Part shown: positions 7,478-16,155 of the stretch, piece after piece
Numbering within the stretch: the stretch's first letter is position 1
Layout of the letters: the number at the start of each line of letters is the position of its first letter
Assembly: GCA_016650215.1 (NCBI GenBank)
Contig: JAENWF010000010.1
Location: forward strand, 1-41,888
DNA length: 41,888 bases
DNA from: Thermoanaerobaculia bacterium
GTDB taxonomy: Bacteria; Acidobacteriota; Thermoanaerobaculia; Gp7-AA8
Direction of reading: 5' to 3'
Notes under the pieces: model-generated
What the model was told of the DNA's origin: nothing
Database searches by the model: none
The model's input: the letters and a program-made list of their open reading frames with translations, nothing else
Translations under genes and position numbers: made by a program

Positions 7478-8365
7478 TCAATCCTGCTGAATTGCATCGT
7501 AGGTGCCGCCATCGTTCTCACGCGTGACCGGGGTCACGGAGGCAGCCGCGACTGACGCGGCGAGCAGCCCGATGAGGGCGGATGCGACGACGTCCGAGGG
7601 CCAGTGGCGGAATGCGAGGACGCGCGAGAGGCCGACGCCGATCGCGAGCAGAAACGCGATGATGCGCATCGGCCAGCTTCGCGATGCGATGATCAGCACT
7701 CCGGCGAGCGCGAACGCGCCGACGGTGTGGCCGCTCGGAAACGAGACCGCGCCTCCTCCTGCGTAGTGATACGGACCGAGCCACAGCTCCGGGCGCGTGC
7801 GGCCGACAACAAACTTGAGCAGGTGCGCGATCGCGCCCGCGCCGATGCCCGCAATCGCCATCGCGGCGGCGTACACGACCCACCGCGCGTGTCTGTATGC
7901 GATGCCGGCGAGGAGGAAGAAGATCACGATCATCGGCGGGTTCATTCCGCCGCTGAGACGGTTCGTCAGACGGATCAGCGACTCGACGGTCTCCGAGTGA
8001 ATCGCGACGGACCACGCCATCATCGGCGCGTCGGCGTAGATCCACGTGATCGCGACGGCAATCGCGGCCACGGCCACAGCGATCAGCGCTCTTATCGGTT
8101 TCAGCGCCGGCTTCATGACGCTTATTTTCGGACGCGCAGGCTCGCCGGAGTGGACGATCGCGAGCGCCAGCAATCCCGCGATGAACCAGAAGACGACATC
8201 CCACGATGGTGCTTCGCGTCCGAGGAACGAGAGCTCGTCGACACCAAGCGGCTCGTTGCAACAGAGGCGGTTCGACGAGACGATCGGCGACGGCCAGAAT
8301 ACCGCGAGGATCAGCAGCGTGATGAACGCGGCCGCGGCGTAACGTCGCTTAGCGTCGATAGACAT
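7478..8365 (-). CDS. PAP2-family membrane phosphatase
   Basis: K-x6-RP (KFVVGRTRP), SFPSGH and SRVLAFRHWPSDV motifs, several TM helices. Confidence 0.93.
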   Translation of the reverse strand: MSIDAKRRYAAAAFITLLILAVFWPSPIVSSNRLCCNEPLGVDELSFLGREAPSWDVVFWFIAGLLALAIVHSGEPARPKISVMKPALKPIRALIAVAVAAIAVAITWIYADAPMMAWSVAIHSETVESLIRLTNRLSGGMNPPMIVIFFLLAGIAYRHARWVVYAAAMAIAGIGAGAIAHLLKFVVGRTRPELWLGPYHYAGGGAVSFPSGHTVGAFALAGVLIIASRSWPMRIIAFLLAIGVGLSRVLAFRHWPSDVVASALIGLLAASVAAASVTPVTRENDGGTYDAIQQD

Positions 8366-9878
8366 CGAACCATTTCCCGATCATCCGGAACTCATCGACT
8401 TTGCGATATCCGCCGAGGTGCGCGGCGATGTCGGAGCTGCGTCGCCGGCTCGTCACGATGACTTCGTGTAGTTCCGCCGACGACACCTCGATCGTCTTCA
8501 CGCGCTCGAGCGCCGGATCCATCCCGCGCGCCCAGATATGCGGCATGAAGTACACGCCGACGAGCTCCGGCGCGACGCGCTGCTTCTCGATCGCTGCGAT
8601 GAACCGGCGCGTCGATGCGAGCTCGTTGGCGATCGGAATGAGCGCGATCGCGGCGTAGACGAATGCGACGAGCGGCACCGCACCGACCAGCAGCGTCGAC
8701 GTCAGCAGGCGGCGCGAGCGGATCGCGATCACGAGCGCGATCACCCCAGCGCCGGCGAGGATCCAGAAAAGCATGCGCACGCGCGGATCGCTCGCGAGCG
8801 CGGCTTCCGGACCTTTGATCTGCGCCGGCGAGACGATGAGTCCTGCCGCACCGATGCCGGCGAGGATGCCGAGGGTGAGGATGTTCGCGCGCCAGCCCCA
8901 GCGCGACCAGGTGTCGTCGGCGCCGTGTCCCGCGAAGCGCGCGACGATCAGCGCGACCGGCGGGATCATCGCCATCATGTAGATGTCGAGCTTGCTGCTG
9001 AGCAGCGAGTACGGAACGAGCACCGCGAGGATCCAGCTCACGCAGAACTTGGCGCGCTCGTCGCGGCGCTTGTACGCGGCGATGAGTGCGACGACGGCGA
9101 GAAAGAACCAGGGGAAGAGATCGCCCGGCGCGTGCGTGACGTAGAACCACGGTGCGGCCTTGTGGACCCAGGCGCCGACCGCGCGGCCTGCAGTCTGCTT
9201 CACGACCACCTCGCGCGTGTACTCATCGCCGCCCGCCATCATCGCCGGCACGAACCAGAGGAGCGGGATGATGATCATCGCGGCAATCGCCGGGACGTAG
9301 TTCGCGCGCGGTGCGCTTCGCCGGCGGATCCGCTCGAAGATGAAGAGCGCGACGATGATCACGGGCGCCATCGGTCCCTTCACGAGCGTCGCGATGCCGG
9401 TCGCGATTCCGCAGAGCATCAGGTCGCGCGGTTGTCCTTCATCGAAGAAGAGCCAGAGCCGCCACGCGGCGAACACGAGAAGCGCGGTGAAGCTCACATC
9501 CATCCGCGCCGTCTGCGCGGAGCCCCAGATCATGAGCGCCGTGCCGCAGATGAACGCGGCGAGCGGCCCGCCCATCCGCCACATCAGCCAGAGCATCGCG
9601 ACGAACGCGAGAATCGATGGGATGACATACGGCCAGATCGAGTAAGTGCCGAGCGGATAGGTCAGCGCGTCGATCATCCAGAAATGAACCGGCGGCTTGT
9701 GCGTGAACGGCTTGCCGTGCAGCGGCGGGAAGAGGAACGAGCCGCCCGCGCGCATCTCGCGGATGATCTGCGAGTACTTCGTTTCATCGCCGACGTAAAG
9801 CTCGCGCTGGAGGGGCGTAATGAGCGCAGAAATTGCGACGAGCGCGACGAGAATCAGAAGGAGCCGCTCGCGAGGCAT
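8349..9878 (-). CDS. ArnT/PMT-family (GT-C) glycosyltransferase
   Basis: DETKY, KPPVHFW, ARMD, LVKGP and SSKLDIY motifs, many TM helices. Confidence 0.9.
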   Translation of the reverse strand: MPRERLLLILVALVAISALITPLQRELYVGDETKYSQIIREMRAGGSFLFPPLHGKPFTHKPPVHFWMIDALTYPLGTYSIWPYVIPSILAFVAMLWLMWRMGGPLAAFICGTALMIWGSAQTARMDVSFTALLVFAAWRLWLFFDEGQPRDLMLCGIATGIATLVKGPMAPVIIVALFIFERIRRRSAPRANYVPAIAAMIIIPLLWFVPAMMAGGDEYTREVVVKQTAGRAVGAWVHKAAPWFYVTHAPGDLFPWFFLAVVALIAAYKRRDERAKFCVSWILAVLVPYSLLSSKLDIYMMAMIPPVALIVARFAGHGADDTWSRWGWRANILTLGILAGIGAAGLIVSPAQIKGPEAALASDPRVRMLFWILAGAGVIALVIAIRSRRLLTSTLLVGAVPLVAFVYAAIALIPIANELASTRRFIAAIEKQRVAPELVGVYFMPHIWARGMDPALERVKTIEVSSAELHEVIVTSRRRSSDIAAHLGGYRKVDEFRMIGKWFDVYRR

Positions 9879-9993
9879 GCGCGGGGCATTCTAGCCCAAA
9901 TATCTGAGAGTGCTAGGCTTATCTCCTTGTTCCAAACTTTACCCGCGGTGCTAAAATTCTTTCAGCAAGGTGCGTCGAAGGAGGAAAAGATCG

Positions 9994-10230
9994 ATGTCGA
10001 ATCGTACCGCTGACATTCAACAGGTTCTCAGCACGGAAGACCCGGAATTTCGCGAGTGGATCGAAGAGCATCACAGGTGCGAACACCGCCTGAACGAGCT
10101 CACCGCCAAACACGAGGTCACTACGGATGAGGAACTCGAAGAGAAAACCTTGAAGAAGCGGAAACTCCTACTCAAAGATCACATGGCCGAGCGGATTCGA
10201 ACCTACGAAACCTCGCACGCAAACGCCTGA
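9994..10230 (+). CDS. YdcH/DUF465-family small coiled-coil protein
   Basis: EHHRCEHRL...LKKRKLLLKD pattern. Strong SD AAGGAGG upstream, terminator downstream. Confidence 0.85.
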   Translation: MSNRTADIQQVLSTEDPEFREWIEEHHRCEHRLNELTAKHEVTTDEELEEKTLKKRKLLLKDHMAERIRTYETSHANA

Positions 10231-10254
10231 CGACACAACACCGTGACCGAAAAG

Positions 10255-10284
10255 AAAGCCCCGGAGAAATCCGGGGCTTTTTTT
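10255..10284 (+). terminator. Rho-independent terminator
   Basis: AAAGCCCCGGA-GAAA-TCCGGGGCTTT followed by a T run. Confidence 0.9.
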
Positions 10285-10378
10285 CAACATTCAACACTCA
10301 ACATTCAACATTTAACATTCCGCTTCGGAGGTCACAAGGACACGGGAATGTTAAATGTTGAATGTTGAGTGTTGAATG
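10284..10378. repeat. Inverted array of tandem heptamers, (TCAACAT)n / (ATGTTGA)n
   Basis: Perfect 34-bp IR (10288-10321 / 10345-10378) with a 23-nt loop. Confidence 0.95.
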
Positions 10379-10433
10379 CTAAAACCCGCCCCCCTTTGCA
10401 TTACCATCGCCGGATGCCGAGCGAGGGATCCGC

Positions 10434-11243
10434 ATGAAGCGCGCTGATGTCGGGCGTGGCCTGCGTCGCGGGGTCTTCGTCATCCCGACGTTCCTCACGG
10501 TCATGAATCTTTTCTTCGGCTTCCGCTGCATGATCAACAGCACGCGGGCGCTGCAGGCGATCACCGAGGGGAACAATGCGGCGGCGATCGACTTCTTCGA
10601 GAAGGCTTGCTTCGCGCTTTTCGTCGCGGCGATCTTCGACACGTTTGACGGCCTGATCGCGCGGCAGCTTCACGCGACGAGCGAGTTCGGCAAGGAGTAC
10701 GACTCGCTCGCCGACGTCGTCACGTTCGGCGCCGCCCCCGCGCTCCTCGTTTACGCATGGGGTCTCCGGACCCTCGGCAATCTCGGCGGCGCAATCGCGT
10801 TTCTATTTCTCGTCGCCGTCTCGCTCCGCCTCGCTCGCTTCAACGTGATGACCGGCAAGAGCGACCATCGATACTTTGTCGGACTCCCGAGCCCTGGCGG
10901 TGCGCTGACGATTGCGTCGATCGTCAACTTCGCTCACGCGCCGGTCTTCCAGCATGACTTCGCGATGGTGATGCTCATCGTGACGACGGTCGTCGCGTTC
11001 TCGATGGTCTCGCCGATCCGCTACCGCAGCCAGAAGGGTCTGAACCTGCAGAAGGAACGCTCGCTCATGTATTTCGTGATGCTGGCGCTGATCGTCGGCG
11101 TCGCGAGCAAGTGGCCGAAGGAGTTCTTCTTCGCCGGCGCGATTCTCTATCTGGTATCGGGACCGCTGATCAAGCTCTGGTCGGTCGCATTCCCGTCGCG
11201 ATCGCTCCCGCCTGAAGTGCTCGAGCCGATCGAGGCGCCTTGA
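10434..11243 (+). CDS. pssA: CDP-diacylglycerol--serine O-phosphatidyltransferase
   Basis: DTFDGLIAR...SEFGKEYDSLADVVTFGAAPA, LRLARFN and FVGLPSP motifs. Confidence 0.92.
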   Translation: MKRADVGRGLRRGVFVIPTFLTVMNLFFGFRCMINSTRALQAITEGNNAAAIDFFEKACFALFVAAIFDTFDGLIARQLHATSEFGKEYDSLADVVTFGAAPALLVYAWGLRTLGNLGGAIAFLFLVAVSLRLARFNVMTGKSDHRYFVGLPSPGGALTIASIVNFAHAPVFQHDFAMVMLIVTTVVAFSMVSPIRYRSQKGLNLQKERSLMYFVMLALIVGVASKWPKEFFFAGAILYLVSGPLIKLWSVAFPSRSLPPEVLEPIEAP

Positions 11244-12226
11244 AGAAAGACGCAGGCCCGCGCCTCGGCATCGTCAATCCGCTGACGCTCGTAGGAAACG
11301 AGATTCGCTCGATCCTGCGCGAGCGCTCGTTCCCGTTCGCGAAGGTGGTGCTGCTCGACACTTCGGGCGAGAGCGCGGGCGCGGTCACCGAGCTCGGCGA
11401 CGAGCCCATGATCGTCGCGCCGGCGTCGGCCGTGGAGCTCGACGATCTCGATCTGGTCTTTTTCTGCGGCGCGCCAGCGAGCAATCGCGAGTGGATCGAC
11501 AGGCATGCCGAGGGTAAATTCATCGCGATCGATCTCTCGCAGCCGTCGTCAACCGAAGACGGCCGGCTGGGCATCGCGGGACTGAACCTCGACGAGCTCG
11601 CTGGCGAGCCGGTCGTCATCTCGCCGCATCCGGTCGCGATTCCGATCGCGCTGATCCTCGAGCAGATCGCGAAGGTGGGATCGATCGCGAGCTGCACGGC
11701 GACGGTCATTCAGCCTGCGTCGGAGCTCGGGCAGGAAGCGATCGAAGAGCTCGCGCGGCAGACCATCAGCGTGCTGAACGTCCAAACAGTGCCGACCCAG
11801 GTCTTCGACCGCCAGGCCGCGTTCAATCTCTACCCGGCGCTCGAGCGGCACGAGGAGCTCATCGTGAAGCAGGTGCGCGCGCTGACCGACCCGAAGATCG
11901 AGCTCGCGCTATTCGTCACGCAGGGGACGATCTTTCACAGTCACACGTTCTCGCTGTTCATCAGGATGCGGAAGCCGATCGGAATCGAGAAGATCACGCA
12001 GGCTCTGCGCGGAAATCCGGCGCTCGCGTTCCCCGAAGGCGACCAGGCATTCGGAACGATCGACGCCGCCGGACGCGACGAGGTGCTCATCGCCGAGGTC
12101 CGCGCCGATCCGACGATTGAAGGCGGATTCTGGGTCTGGGCCGTTTGCGATAACCTCCGGCGCAGTTCGGCGCTCAACGCCGTGCTCATCGCCGAAAAGC
12201 TGCTGTTCGACGTTGCGACGAATTAG
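11240..12226 (+). CDS. Aspartate-semialdehyde dehydrogenase-like (USG-like) protein, probably non-catalytic
   Basis: Asd fold cues: DLVFFCG, AIDLS, AIEELARQT, AFNLYP, WAVCDNLRRSSALNAV. The catalytic NPNC motif appears as SPHP. Confidence 0.8.
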   Translation: MKKDAGPRLGIVNPLTLVGNEIRSILRERSFPFAKVVLLDTSGESAGAVTELGDEPMIVAPASAVELDDLDLVFFCGAPASNREWIDRHAEGKFIAIDLSQPSSTEDGRLGIAGLNLDELAGEPVVISPHPVAIPIALILEQIAKVGSIASCTATVIQPASELGQEAIEELARQTISVLNVQTVPTQVFDRQAAFNLYPALERHEELIVKQVRALTDPKIELALFVTQGTIFHSHTFSLFIRMRKPIGIEKITQALRGNPALAFPEGDQAFGTIDAAGRDEVLIAEVRADPTIEGGFWVWAVCDNLRRSSALNAVLIAEKLLFDVATN

Positions 12227-12242
12227 CCAGGAGGAAATCGAC

Positions 12243-12716
12243 ATGCAGGACTACTACGAGCCGAAGGTCGGCGATGCTGCGCCGAACTTCAGCCTTCCAT
12301 CGACGCGTGGCAAGCAGCTCACGCTGAAGGAGTTTCGCGGCAAGGACGTGATCCTCTATTTCTATCCGAAAGACGACACGCCCGGATGCACCGCTGAAGC
12401 CTGCTCGTTCCGCGATCACGAAAGCGATCTGACGAAGCACGGCGCGGTTGTCCTCGGCGTCTCGACCGACTCGCTCGAGAGTCACGCGAAGTTTCTCGAC
12501 AAGCACAGCCTCAACTTCCCGCTGCTTTCCGATCAGACAGCCGACGTCGCAAAGATGTTCGGCGCGTGGAAAGAGAAGAACATGTATGGTCGGCGCACCT
12601 GGGGCGTCGCGCGCACCACGTTCTGGATCGGCGGCGACGGCCGCATCAAGAAGATCTACAAGAAGATCGATACGGCAAAGCACGCCGAGGACATCCTGGC
12701 GGACATGAAAAAATAG
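12243..12716 (+). CDS. bcp: Thioredoxin-dependent peroxiredoxin BCP/PrxQ
   Basis: LYFYPKDDTPGCTAEACSFRD motif. SD AGGAGG before ATG 12243. Confidence 0.95.
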   Translation: MQDYYEPKVGDAAPNFSLPSTRGKQLTLKEFRGKDVILYFYPKDDTPGCTAEACSFRDHESDLTKHGAVVLGVSTDSLESHAKFLDKHSLNFPLLSDQTADVAKMFGAWKEKNMYGRRTWGVARTTFWIGGDGRIKKIYKKIDTAKHAEDILADMKK

Positions 12717-12892
12717 AATGGGGTCAGGTCTTCGTTTCGCTGGTTCTCTACACATTGTGGCGAACCGCGAACGAATACCTGGCCTCCTCAAGCCTTCGCC
12801 AGGAAAATGGGTCACGTATTCGTTCGCTGGTTCTCTACGCATTGTGGGGAACCAGCGAAACGAAGACCTGACCCCCTCAAGCTCTCGCCAGG
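12717..12892. repeat. Doublet of GGGGTCAGGTCT-type palindromes (REPIN-like) between convergent genes
   Basis: Perfect 27-bp outer IR (12720-12746 / 12849-12875). Inner arms 12767-12784 / 12810-12827 pair at 16 of 18 positions. Confidence 0.92.
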
Positions 12893-14022
12893 CGCGTCCC
12901 TGCCTCTTCCAGCGCCGCGAAGTCTTTCGCGAAGCAGAAGCGGAGCAGCCTGTCGCCTCGATCCGACGCGTAGAACGACGGGCCCGGCACCGACGCGATG
13001 CGCGACTCTTCGATGAGCGACATCGCGGCTTCACGAGCGTCGCGATAGCCGGCTGGAATCTCGGCGAGCATGTAGTACGCCCCCTGCGGCACGAACGGTT
13101 TGAAGCCGGCGTGGCGGAGCGCGGCGGCGAGCATGTCGCGCTTCTTCTCGTAATCGGCCGCGAGGTTGCGGTAGTACTCCTCACCGATCTCGAGCGCGCG
13201 CGCCACACCCCACTGCAGCGGCGTCGGCGCGCAGACGTAGAAGAGATCGTTCACGAGTCCGATCGCCTCTGCGATCTTCGCATCCGCAGCGACGTATCCG
13301 ATGCGCCAGCCGGTGATCGAGAAGGTCTTCGAGAAACCTGAGATGGTGATCGTCACGTCACGGCACGACTCAATCGAGGCCATCGACAGATGGCGCTTGC
13401 CGTCGTACACGATGTACTCGTAGATCTCATCGGTGAACGCCCACGCGCCGAACTCGCGGCAGAGAGCGCCGATGCGCTCGAGCTCATCGCGCGTGAAGAC
13501 TTTGCCGCACGGATTCGACGGCGTGCAGACAACGATCGCCCTGGTCCGCTTCGAGAACGCGCGGCGCAGCTCGTCGAAGTCGATCGACCAGCCGGGCATC
13601 CGCAGCGGAACGAACTTCGTCTCGATGCCGAGGACTTTGAGCGTGTTGAGGTGGTAGCCGTAGTACGGCTCAAAAAGGATTACCTCGTCGCCGGGATTCA
13701 GAGTCGCCATCGCAGCGGCGGCGAATCCGCCGGTCGAGCCGACGGTGACGACAAGCTCCTTCGCCGGATCGACCCGGAAGCCGTTGAAGTGCTCGATTTT
13801 TCGCGCGATCCGCTCGCGCAGAAGATCGATCCCTTCGAACTTCGAGTACGTCGCCTTCGATCCCGCAATCGCCTCGGTCGCCCCTTCGATCAGCTCGGGG
13901 ATCGTCGGCAGGTCGCAGATCCCCTGCCCGAGGTTGATGCCGCCGACCCGCTCGCACTCGCGGGACATGCGGCGAATGTCGGACTGCACGAGGCCGGAGA
14001 GACGATTGCTGATCTGAGTCAT
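12877..14022 (-). CDS. PLP-dependent aminotransferase, class I/II
   Basis: INLGQG, TPSNPCGK, DEIYEY, SGFSKTFSITGWRIGY and LRFCFAK motifs. Confidence 0.95.
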   Translation of the reverse strand: MTQISNRLSGLVQSDIRRMSRECERVGGINLGQGICDLPTIPELIEGATEAIAGSKATYSKFEGIDLLRERIARKIEHFNGFRVDPAKELVVTVGSTGGFAAAAMATLNPGDEVILFEPYYGYHLNTLKVLGIETKFVPLRMPGWSIDFDELRRAFSKRTRAIVVCTPSNPCGKVFTRDELERIGALCREFGAWAFTDEIYEYIVYDGKRHLSMASIESCRDVTITISGFSKTFSITGWRIGYVAADAKIAEAIGLVNDLFYVCAPTPLQWGVARALEIGEEYYRNLAADYEKKRDMLAAALRHAGFKPFVPQGAYYMLAEIPAGYRDAREAAMSLIEESRIASVPGPSFYASDRGDRLLRFCFAKDFAALEEAGTRLARA

Positions 14023-14074
14023 GGCGTTGAAGTGTAGCGCCGCCGGGGATGACTTCGGAATGGGACATCGGTGT

Positions 14075-14167
14075 ACGTTCGCGGAGACGACGCGAACGTC
14101 GCGAAACTCGTCTTCGCTAGTAATTCCAATGATTTAGCCGGACACAACCATCGGCACCTCGAATGCA
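14075..14167 (+). promoter_or_regulatory. Putative sigma54 promoter with an upstream IR (possible enhancer) and an AT-rich tract
   Basis: CGGCAC-N5-ATGCA (GG-N10-GC) at 14152-14167. IR ACGTTCGCG-N7-CGCGAACGT at 14075-14099. AT-rich TAATTCCAATGATTTA lies between them. Confidence 0.45.
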
Positions 14168-14195
14168 GTGAAGCGAGCTCGAAAGGAAATACCCA

Positions 14196-15131
14196 GTGAG
14201 AGCCTCCAGACTGCTTCTCGTCGCACTCGTCAGCATCGCCGCCGCGTTTTCCGCGTCGGCTCAAGTCAACGATACGTACGTGATTCCGGCAGCCGCAAAC
14301 AACAACGGCGCGTTCGGAACCCGCTGGATGACGCAGATCAGCATTTTCAATCCGCAGCTCGACTACCCGCTGCGTGTCAGCGTCGTCTTCATGCCGAGCG
14401 GCGGCTTGAAAGGCATCGAGAAGCTCGTCGACGTTCGCGCGAACTCGGTCGTCTTCTCGGACAACATCCTCGACGACCTCTTCGACGCGAGTGGCACCGG
14501 CTCTCTGCTGGTCGCAACGTTCCCCGAAGACAATCCGGGCGTACCGAACGACATGGTGTCGCGCTCGTTCCTCGTCGTCACCAATACATACAACAACCGT
14601 TCGAGCGGAACGTACGGGCAAACGATTCCCGGCGTCTGGACCGGCCTGGAAGATGACGGTATCAGCTCGATCGCGCACGGCATCCGCAACATCGCGCGTG
14701 AGGGATGGCGGACCAACGTCGGCGCGGTGAACCTCGGCCGCCAAAACGTGATGCTGCGCATGACGATCTACAACGCGAACGGCGTGAAGCTTCGCGACGA
14801 ACCGTTCGGCCTTCCGCCATTCGGTCATCTGCAGATGCCGCTTCCGATCGAAGTCGATCGCGGAACCATCGAGTTCCTCCTCGACGATCCGTCGGGCGAA
14901 GCGGTCGTGTTCCCGTACACCACGACCATCGATGCGCTCTCCGGCGACTCGATGTACCAGACTCCGATTCTCCTCGCGACCGCGAAGTCGCTCTACGGCA
15001 AGAAGGCGATCGACCCGATCGCGGGTAAGCGAATCGATACCGCGACTGCGCGTACAGTCCGCGCGACCGCGACCAGCCTCGGCGTCGCGAGTCTCGTGGA
15101 AGAAGCGAACGGATTCAGAATCGCGAAGTAG
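14196..15131 (+). CDS. Secreted hypothetical protein, beta-rich
   Basis: Signal peptide ending ASA-Q, host-like codon usage, AAAGGA SD. No enzyme motif recognised. Confidence 0.85.
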   Translation: MRASRLLLVALVSIAAAFSASAQVNDTYVIPAAANNNGAFGTRWMTQISIFNPQLDYPLRVSVVFMPSGGLKGIEKLVDVRANSVVFSDNILDDLFDASGTGSLLVATFPEDNPGVPNDMVSRSFLVVTNTYNNRSSGTYGQTIPGVWTGLEDDGISSIAHGIRNIAREGWRTNVGAVNLGRQNVMLRMTIYNANGVKLRDEPFGLPPFGHLQMPLPIEVDRGTIEFLLDDPSGEAVVFPYTTTIDALSGDSMYQTPILLATAKSLYGKKAIDPIAGKRIDTATARTVRATATSLGVASLVEEANGFRIAK

Positions 15132-15137
15132 GCCTAG

Positions 15138-15162
15138 CGTCATCCTGAGCGAAGCGAAGGAT
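15138..15162 (+). repeat. CGTC-tagged REP
   Basis: CGTCATCCTGAGCGAAGCGAAGGAT. An inverted copy is at 27121-27144 and related arms at 21456 and 33570. Confidence 0.85.
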
Positions 15163-15202
15163 TACCCTGGGTGATGCCCGGGGATGGATACAATCCGCGG
15201 TC

Positions 15203-16084
15203 ATGACTGCGGCCGTCACCCAGACTTCCCTCCCCTTTCCCCTCACGCGCCGCGGAAAGGTCCGCGATGTTTACGACCTCGGCCATACGTACCTGTTCGT
15301 GGCCACCGATCGCATCTCTGCCTTCGACGTCGTGCTGTCGCCGGGAGTGCCTGACAAGGGACGCATCCTCACGCAGATCTCGAATTTCTGGTTCAACCGT
15401 TTCAAGAACGTCGAGAACCACGTCGTCGAGAGTGACTTTGAAAAGTTCCCCGCGGCTGTGAAGGAGCATCAGGGCCTTCGTGGCCGCAGCGTGCTCGTGA
15501 AAAAGTGCGAAGTCGTCCCGGTCGAGTGCGTCGCGCGCGGCTACCTCGTCGGCTCCGGTCTGAAGGAGTACCAGCAGAACGGTGAAGTCTGCGGCATCAA
15601 GCTCGAGCCGGGCCTCACGACCGCGAGCAAACTGCCGCAGCCGATCTTCACGCCCGCGACGAAGGAAGAGTCGGGGCACGATCAGAACATCCCGTTCGAT
15701 CGGATGTCGCAGATCGTCGGCGCAGACCTCGCGAAGAAGCTGCGCGATCTGACGCTGAAGCTCTACAGCGAGGCCGCCGGCTACGCGCGCACACGCGGCA
15801 TCATCATCGCCGACACGAAGTTCGAGTTCGGATTGAAGGACGGGCGCATCATCTGGATCGACGAAGTGCTGACGCCCGACTCGTCGCGCTTCTGGCCCGC
15901 GGATCAATATGCCGTCGGAAAAAATCCGCCGTCGTACGATAAGCAGTTCGTCCGCGACTGGCTCGAATCGACGGGATGGGACAAGAATCCCCCCGCGCCG
16001 GAGCTGCCTGCTGATGTGGTCGCGAAGACGCGTGAGAAGTATCTGGAGGCGTACCGGCAGCTCACCGGGGTGGAGCTGCGTTGA
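15203..16084 (+). CDS. purC: Phosphoribosylaminoimidazolesuccinocarboxamide synthase
   Basis: RGKVRDVY, ATDRISAFD, IIADTKFEFG, DEVLTPDSSRFW and YDKQFVRDWL motifs. Confidence 0.98.
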   Translation: MTAAVTQTSLPFPLTRRGKVRDVYDLGHTYLFVATDRISAFDVVLSPGVPDKGRILTQISNFWFNRFKNVENHVVESDFEKFPAAVKEHQGLRGRSVLVKKCEVVPVECVARGYLVGSGLKEYQQNGEVCGIKLEPGLTTASKLPQPIFTPATKEESGHDQNIPFDRMSQIVGADLAKKLRDLTLKLYSEAAGYARTRGIIIADTKFEFGLKDGRIIWIDEVLTPDSSRFWPADQYAVGKNPPSYDKQFVRDWLESTGWDKNPPAPELPADVVAKTREKYLEAYRQLTGVELR

Positions 16085-16155
16085 GGTAAGAGGATAAGCC
16101 GGGCCTCTTGAACGCTTCTTTGAACGTGACCGAAGTGGGCGGAGGATAACAGAAT

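Noticed and set aside
12718-13341. 207-aa ORF with internally repeated peptides
   Set aside because: It is a translation of the palindromic repeat plus the antisense strand of the aminotransferase.
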